Of a DNA stretch of 40,806 nucleotides, positions 36,611 through 40,806 are shown piece by piece; positions within the stretch are counted from its first letter, which is position 1, and each line of letters starts with the position of its first letter. The stretch is from a virus (lineage: Duplodnaviria > Caudoviricetes), in IMG/VR virus record IMGVR_UViG_3300048852_000112, positions 1 through 40,806 of that record; one strand, written 5' to 3'. Under the pieces are notes generated by a model. It saw only the letters and a program-made list of their open reading frames with translations. It was not told where the DNA came from and did no database searches. Made by a program: the position numbers and the translations under genes.

Positions 36611-36910
36611 ATGACCGACAAGGCAACCGAGATGGATTCAACCGACCTGCGCAGCCGCGTGGTTGCTCTTGAGCATCAAGGCGCCAACCGAGAGCAGAGG
36701 CTTTCCGTTCTCGAGGCGTGGCGAACCCAGCGAGACATCGACAGCGCTAGGCACGACGAGCGGTGGCGTCACATGGATGAAAAGATCGATGCGGTCGGCA
36801 AGAAGGTGGACAAGATTTCCGGCGACCTGTCGCGGATCATGTGGACGATCATCGCCGCGATCATACTCGCCATCGTCAGTTTCATGATCAGGGGCGGGTT
36901 CGCGCCGTAG
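36611..36910 (+). CDS. Coiled-coil protein with C-terminal TM (XhlA-like; holin/lysis accessory candidate)
   Basis: Coiled coil then IMWTIIAAIILAIVSFMI; last gene of the lysis cassette. Confidence 0.7.
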   Translation: MTDKATEMDSTDLRSRVVALEHQGANREQRLSVLEAWRTQRDIDSARHDERWRHMDEKIDAVGKKVDKISGDLSRIMWTIIAAIILAIVSFMIRGGFAP

Positions 36911-36936
36911 CTCAGCTTCTCCGTAGATGCTCCATC

Positions 36937-36972
36937 GCCCCGTCGGTTCGCCGGCGGGGTTCTTTTGCTTTT
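36937..36972 (+). terminator. Rho-independent terminator ending the late operon
   Basis: GCCCCGTCGG-TTCG-CCGGCGGGGT then TCTTTTGCTTTT. Confidence 0.8.
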
Positions 36973-37236
36973 CGCGGCCTCCAAAGGTGGTGAGCGAGAT
37001 CACCGATCGGCGCCCCAGAATCTAGTCGAGATCGTGCTGCCGTGCACGGCGCTGGTCGCCGCAATGCCCCAGGTGGAGCTACAGCTGCCTATGGTTGGAG
37101 ATTGGGGGCGGCAGACCGGACGGCGGCGACAGTGTGAATGCCTGCGGGGCGTTTCCTGAAGAATACCCCATTGGATGACGTGCGTTACCTCGCCAGCAAG
37201 CGCTGACACGGTAGCGCTCCGGTAGGTACTCAGCTA

Positions 37237-38034
37237 ATGAGTGGAACCATGAGCACGCCCGTCATCAACTCCGCCATAAGCGCTGCACGATTTGCCCTTG
37301 AAGGTGTCAAGGAGGACGTCGTCATCGCCCTCCGACCGTTCCTAAACAACCAGAACGGCCTCGGCAATTCGAGGAGCATACTCTACGCGAGAGAGGCCTG
37401 CCAGAAAGGGTATCGGAAGGTGTGCACAGCAGCCGCGGTGCGCGTTGCCGAGATTGAAGGGGAAGGTGCCATCGACCTGGCTGATGCTCTCGACGCTGCG
37501 CTCCACGTACTTACTGACGAGGCCTTGGAAGTCTTTCCTGCCTACAATTGGAAACGATACCGGGGGTTCGGCGCTCATGTGGCGAAGGCCGAGGCCGAAC
37601 TGAAGGAAGCCTGGACGAGAGAGCGAGAAAGCGCGATCGCCGATCTCAGGGTTGGTATCGCTGGAGGCGTGAACGTGAGGAAGCAGCACAGCATTCATAT
37701 CGACAATCGCGGGGGTGCTGCCCAGGTCGCTGTCGGTAGCAAGGGGGTTACCCAGAACATGACGGCCGGCATCGGGATCGATGCGCGAGCCCTGAAGGAT
37801 CTGCTTCACGCTGTACGCCAGGAAGTTGCCAAAGCTTCATTGCCGGAGGACCAGCGCGACGAGATTGAAGACGCGATCGTTGCCACCGAACGCGAGATCG
37901 AGCAGAAGTCCCCCGATGAAGGCCGCATTAAACGGCTTACGATAGGGGTGCTAAAGAAAGTCGGGGAGGTTGGGCTTCCAACCGCTCAGAAGGTGCTGGA
38001 GCACTACCTGAAAGGCACTGGCTGGATCAGCTAG
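37237..38034 (+). CDS. Hypothetical moron protein (helical N-domain, G/N/Q linker, helical C-domain)
   Basis: 265-aa ORF; no firm family call. Confidence 0.7.
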   Translation: MSGTMSTPVINSAISAARFALEGVKEDVVIALRPFLNNQNGLGNSRSILYAREACQKGYRKVCTAAAVRVAEIEGEGAIDLADALDAALHVLTDEALEVFPAYNWKRYRGFGAHVAKAEAELKEAWTRERESAIADLRVGIAGGVNVRKQHSIHIDNRGGAAQVAVGSKGVTQNMTAGIGIDARALKDLLHAVRQEVAKASLPEDQRDEIEDAIVATEREIEQKSPDEGRIKRLTIGVLKKVGEVGLPTAQKVLEHYLKGTGWIS

Positions 38035-38083
38035 TCGGATGATTGCCCCTAGCTAGGGCTGGTCACGAGGCAAGGAGGCCACC

Positions 38084-38326
38084 ATGCTCATCCGAAAGCT
38101 TGCCACTGACGAAACCGGGACTTGGCGAATCGTCTTCAAACCCGACCATCGTTCCCTGTATGTAGAATTCGTGATGAGTGGCCCCGGCCGACGTCGACGG
38201 CTGCGCATGAACAGCCACGAGTTTCTACGCGTCCTCCCCGTGAAGGGTGAACTCCATCAGCAGGCGATGGATGAACTAGTGAAGCTGATCAGTGGCCTGT
38301 TCGAACCAGCGGCCGATCTGAATTGA
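38084..38326 (+). CDS. Hypothetical protein
   Basis: AAGGAGG RBS. Confidence 0.7.
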   Translation: MLIRKLATDETGTWRIVFKPDHRSLYVEFVMSGPGRRRRLRMNSHEFLRVLPVKGELHQQAMDELVKLISGLFEPAADLN

Positions 38327-38331
38327 GCGGG

Positions 38332-38496
38332 CTACCTCGCCCGCCGGCACACCTCGTCGAGGGGGAGCAGAAACCAATCTCGCGAACCATCGATGGCGCG
38401 GAGCATCGCCCAACCATTGTCGTTGATCCGCTCCACGTACCAGTATTGGCCCTCAAGGTAGAGCAATTGGCCCAGGGCGATCTGATCGGCTGTCAT
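38332..38496 (-). CDS. 54-aa hypothetical protein (not in the ORF track)
   Basis: MTADQIALGQLLYLEGQYWYVERIND…RRAR*; ATGA overlap with the upstream gene's stop. Confidence 0.6.
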   Translation of the reverse strand: MTADQIALGQLLYLEGQYWYVERINDNGWAMLRAIDGSRDWFLLPLDEVCRRAR

Positions 38497-38816
38497 CGCT
38501 TCTTTCTCGGTCGCTGTGGTGTTTCCTGAACGCGGCCATTATCGAGCCGTTCCGCAAAGGTGTACGCCTCGTCACGATCATGGGTGCTGAGGACGATCTG
38601 CCTGCCGACCTTAACGGCGTAGTGAACCGTCTGCTCTGGCTCCGGCCGTTTCTTGCCGCCGTCTCGGATCACGTCCTCGTCTGGGATCTCGTTCGCGTTG
38701 ATCGTGATGCGACTTGGATAGAGCGGGTTCGACAGGCTCACCTTGCCGTCTTCCCAAACTCTGCGGACCTCGAAGCGGAGGGTGATCTCGTCGCCTTCTT
38801 TCAGGTCCTTTGCCAT
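38493..38816 (-). CDS. Hypothetical protein
   Basis: MAKDLKEGDEITLRFEV…; beta-rich. Confidence 0.65.
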   Translation of the reverse strand: MAKDLKEGDEITLRFEVRRVWEDGKVSLSNPLYPSRITINANEIPDEDVIRDGGKKRPEPEQTVHYAVKVGRQIVLSTHDRDEAYTFAERLDNGRVQETPQRPRKKR

Positions 38817-38872
38817 CCGGCGAAATTTAGACCGCCACGGCAGGCCGTCCATATGGCCTTTTGGCCACCTGC

Positions 38873-39064
38873 CTAACCCTCGCCCTCCGGGGGCGTATCT
38901 TCCTCCAGGTTATCATTCTTGAGATAGCCCGCGGCGATAAGCCAATCCCGAAGCACCGCCGCAGCGGCGAGCTCGCGCGGGAAATCGAGGTTCATATCGG
39001 CGACCATCTTATCCAGAGCCGCCGCCATCTCATCGTCGACATCGATGGTGAGGCGAACAGGCAT
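38873..39064 (-). CDS. Ribbon-helix-helix-like small protein
   Basis: VRLTIDVDDEMAAALD…LRDWL pattern; TGATG coupling. Confidence 0.65.
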   Translation of the reverse strand: MPVRLTIDVDDEMAAALDKMVADMNLDFPRELAAAAVLRDWLIAAGYLKNDNLEEDTPPEGEG

Positions 39065-39303
39065 CAGCGCAGCGCCCTTCGCCTCAGTGACCTGATCTCA
39101 GCCTCGGTCTGCTCATTGGCTGCCCGTGCGAGCAGATGGGCCTGTGCCAGGCCGGTGACCGCGTATGCCGCTTCGTCTTCTGTCCAACCGGCGGACACAA
39201 TGGCGTCGACCAAGCCGCGAAAAGCATCCTCCGCCGCCATCTGGCAATCGAGATAGCGGTCAATATAGGGCAGGGCTGTCTTCGGAGGCCTTACGCTGGT
39301 CAT
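39064..39303 (-). CDS. Hypothetical protein
   Basis: DRYLDCQMAAE…AGWTEDE helical family; GAGGGGA upstream. Confidence 0.65.
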   Translation of the reverse strand: MTSVRPPKTALPYIDRYLDCQMAAEDAFRGLVDAIVSAGWTEDEAAYAVTGLAQAHLLARAANEQTEAEIRSLRRRALR

Positions 39304-39460
39304 CGCCATCCCCTCGGTGCTCGAAGCAATACCATACTGTAGCCTTGCCGCGCGGGAAGCCCCAGCCTCCCCAGGCCTTACAGCCGGGGTGCTCGCACCA
39401 GTGCTCATACAGTTTGTGCGGAGCGACGATCTGCCTGGGGACTGACGGATCGTCCGACAT
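39260..39460 (-). CDS. Small Cys/His (Zn-finger-like) protein
   Basis: HWCEHPGC…WYCFEH; 2 bp after the SRAP gene. Confidence 0.65.
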   Translation of the reverse strand: MSDDPSVPRQIVAPHKLYEHWCEHPGCKAWGGWGFPRGKATVWYCFEHRGDGDDQRKASEDSPALY

Positions 39461-39462
39461 GG

Positions 39463-40164
39463 CTACAGCAACGAGCCTTGCGCCGCGGCGGCCGGATATT
39501 TGATCTGTGTGGCCGGCTTGTCGACGATGACGATCTGACTATCGGGGAGGGGACGTTGCAGCGCGCTGGCCTCGCTCCACGGCGCCCGAAGCCAGACGTC
39601 CATTTCCTCGGCCGTAGTGAGGATCGCCGGCATTGCCTTGGGGTGGATCGGTTTCACGACATTGTTCGGATCGGTCGTGAAGAAACCATAGAGCTCGAAA
39701 TCCTGCTCACCATCCCTGACCTTGCGCACGCCGCGCCACTTGGTCCAGAGGCCCGCGAAAGCAAAGAGAGGCCGATCGGGCGCCGTCGCAAACCAATAGT
39801 TCCGCTGGATGCCGGTCTCGGGGTCTTTGTCGGCTGGCGCGGGACTCGGCTCGGCAAAGCTCGTTGCCGGCACAAGGCAGCGATTGCCGACATCAAGGTA
39901 CTGCTGCCAGTGGCCAAATTGCGGGCGGCGAATATTGGTCGTACCCGGATCAGTCTTACCTTTGACGCGCTCCGGCGGCGTCGGCATCCCCCACTGTAAC
40001 GGCTCGATCTCCCGCTCGCCGTCGGCGCCAACCCTCACGACAGGAGCGAGGTAATTGGGGTAGATGTCGCGGCTCGGCTCGTTAAAACCCGAATGATCGC
40101 GCATTGCTCGCGACCATTCGAGGATTGCCTGTCTCGTCGTCGTGACGTTGTAGAGATTGCACAA
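39463..40164 (-). CDS. SOS response-associated peptidase (SRAP/HMCES-YedK family)
   Basis: N-terminal MC (Cys2), [29 protein letters not shown]. Confidence 0.92.
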   Translation of the reverse strand: MCNLYNVTTTRQAILEWSRAMRDHSGFNEPSRDIYPNYLAPVVRVGADGEREIEPLQWGMPTPPERVKGKTDPGTTNIRRPQFGHWQQYLDVGNRCLVPATSFAEPSPAPADKDPETGIQRNYWFATAPDRPLFAFAGLWTKWRGVRKVRDGEQDFELYGFFTTDPNNVVKPIHPKAMPAILTTAEEMDVWLRAPWSEASALQRPLPDSQIVIVDKPATQIKYPAAAAQGSLL

Positions 40165-40179
40165 GCCGATCTGCTCCAG

Positions 40180-40806
40180 TCATGCCGCCTTGCGCGGCGC
40201 CGTCTCTCTCTCGAGCGCATCGATGGCATCGAGCACTCGCTGTCTCATAGCTTCGGCGGGCTCGTCGGGATAAAAGCTCGCCATCTGGAGAGTAGTGTAT
40301 GCGACTGTGACGTCGGCAACCAAGTCCCTAGCCTTCAACGGGTCCTCGATGTCGCCCGCAATGACCTGGGCGAGTTGGGGCACCTTGGCGTCTAGTTGCT
40401 CGCTGGCGCCGTCGGTTGCCTTTACATAGGCGCGCATCATCGACAGGGCCGCAGCGCGATCGACGAGCTGCGTTTCCGGGTCGGCGATCAATTCCATTTT
40501 GGCGTTCGTCGGCCTCTGCCGTTCGGGTCCCCACTCGGCACATGCGGCCGCGATGGCAGACTGTTCGGCTTGTAGCCAGGTACTGACTATTTTGTCTTCT
40601 TCGTCCGTTAGCTCCATAGCCGGATCGAAGCCAGAGGCATCCCAGCCTTCCAGCTTGAAGACGGCCTCGGCTGCTTCGAAGGGAAGCACTCCAGATTGAA
40701 CAAAAACCGACAGGGCAGCGTCGACGCCGCGATCCAATTCTTCGGGCGTGGCGGTAGGTATCGTGATCTTGATAACGGGGATCGGCCGCTCGGATGCATG
40801 TTTCAT
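40180..40806 (-). CDS. Hypothetical acidic protein
   Basis: 208-aa ORF starting at the window edge, co-oriented with SRAP. Confidence 0.65.
   Translation of the reverse strand: MKHASERPIPVIKITIPTATPEELDRGVDAALSVFVQSGVLPFEAAEAVFKLEGWDASGFDPAMELTDEEDKIVSTWLQAEQSAIAAACAEWGPERQRPTNAKMELIADPETQLVDRAAALSMMRAYVKATDGASEQLDAKVPQLAQVIAGDIEDPLKARDLVADVTVAYTTLQMASFYPDEPAEAMRQRVLDAIDALERETAPRKAA

Larger units (their letters stand above)
1..40806. mobile_element. Prophage / temperate siphovirus segment (packaging, head, tail, cargo, lysis, accessory); boundaries lie outside the window or are not recognisable
   Basis: Colinear terminase-portal-capsid-tail-lysis gene order with tightly coupled + strand genes; no sheath gene seen. 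Confidence 0.95.

Noticed and set aside
37126-37136. GCGACAGTGTG also present, inverted, at 34831-34841
   Set aside because: An 11-bp match is expected by chance in 40 kb, and the contexts differ.
1-40806. CRISPR array, tRNA, att site, integrase or IS element
   Set aside because: No regularly spaced repeats, cloverleaf, recombinase or transposase motifs recognised by eye.

Overview
Late-gene half of a temperate siphovirus-type prophage. The host is most likely an alphaproteobacterium (Rhizobiales-like), judged from gene content and GC-rich codon usage. The + strand carries an apparently intact virion operon: terS, terL, portal, scaffold, major capsid, head completion genes, minor head protein, HK97-gp10-like, tail terminator, tail tube, G/GT chaperone with a -1 frameshift, tape measure, Dit/hub, GNAT, tail tip and fibres. 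Next comes an ~8 kb cell-surface modification cargo: a YLDPGTGS micropeptide, a NoeA-like kinase-methyltransferase, a membrane Thr-type phosphotransferase, two FkbM methyltransferases and a GT4-GT2 fusion. A lysis cassette and a SRAP-containing minus-strand cluster follow. Many antisense morons sit between structural genes. No integrase, replication genes, att sites, RNA genes or CRISPR array were seen. Main leads: (1) a two-gene antisense moron in which a 2-TM protein and a TPR-like protein share an N-rich motif (NFxxNxxSxNxQ[ST]), a candidate amyloid-type signalling defence system; (2) the micropeptide/kinase-MTase/phosphotransferase module; (3) five GGAU-tetraloop hairpins before the scaffold and capsid genes; (4) an unlisted 28-aa membrane peptide in a structured locus beside a GH108 endolysin stub. 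All family assignments come from motif recognition by eye, not database searches.
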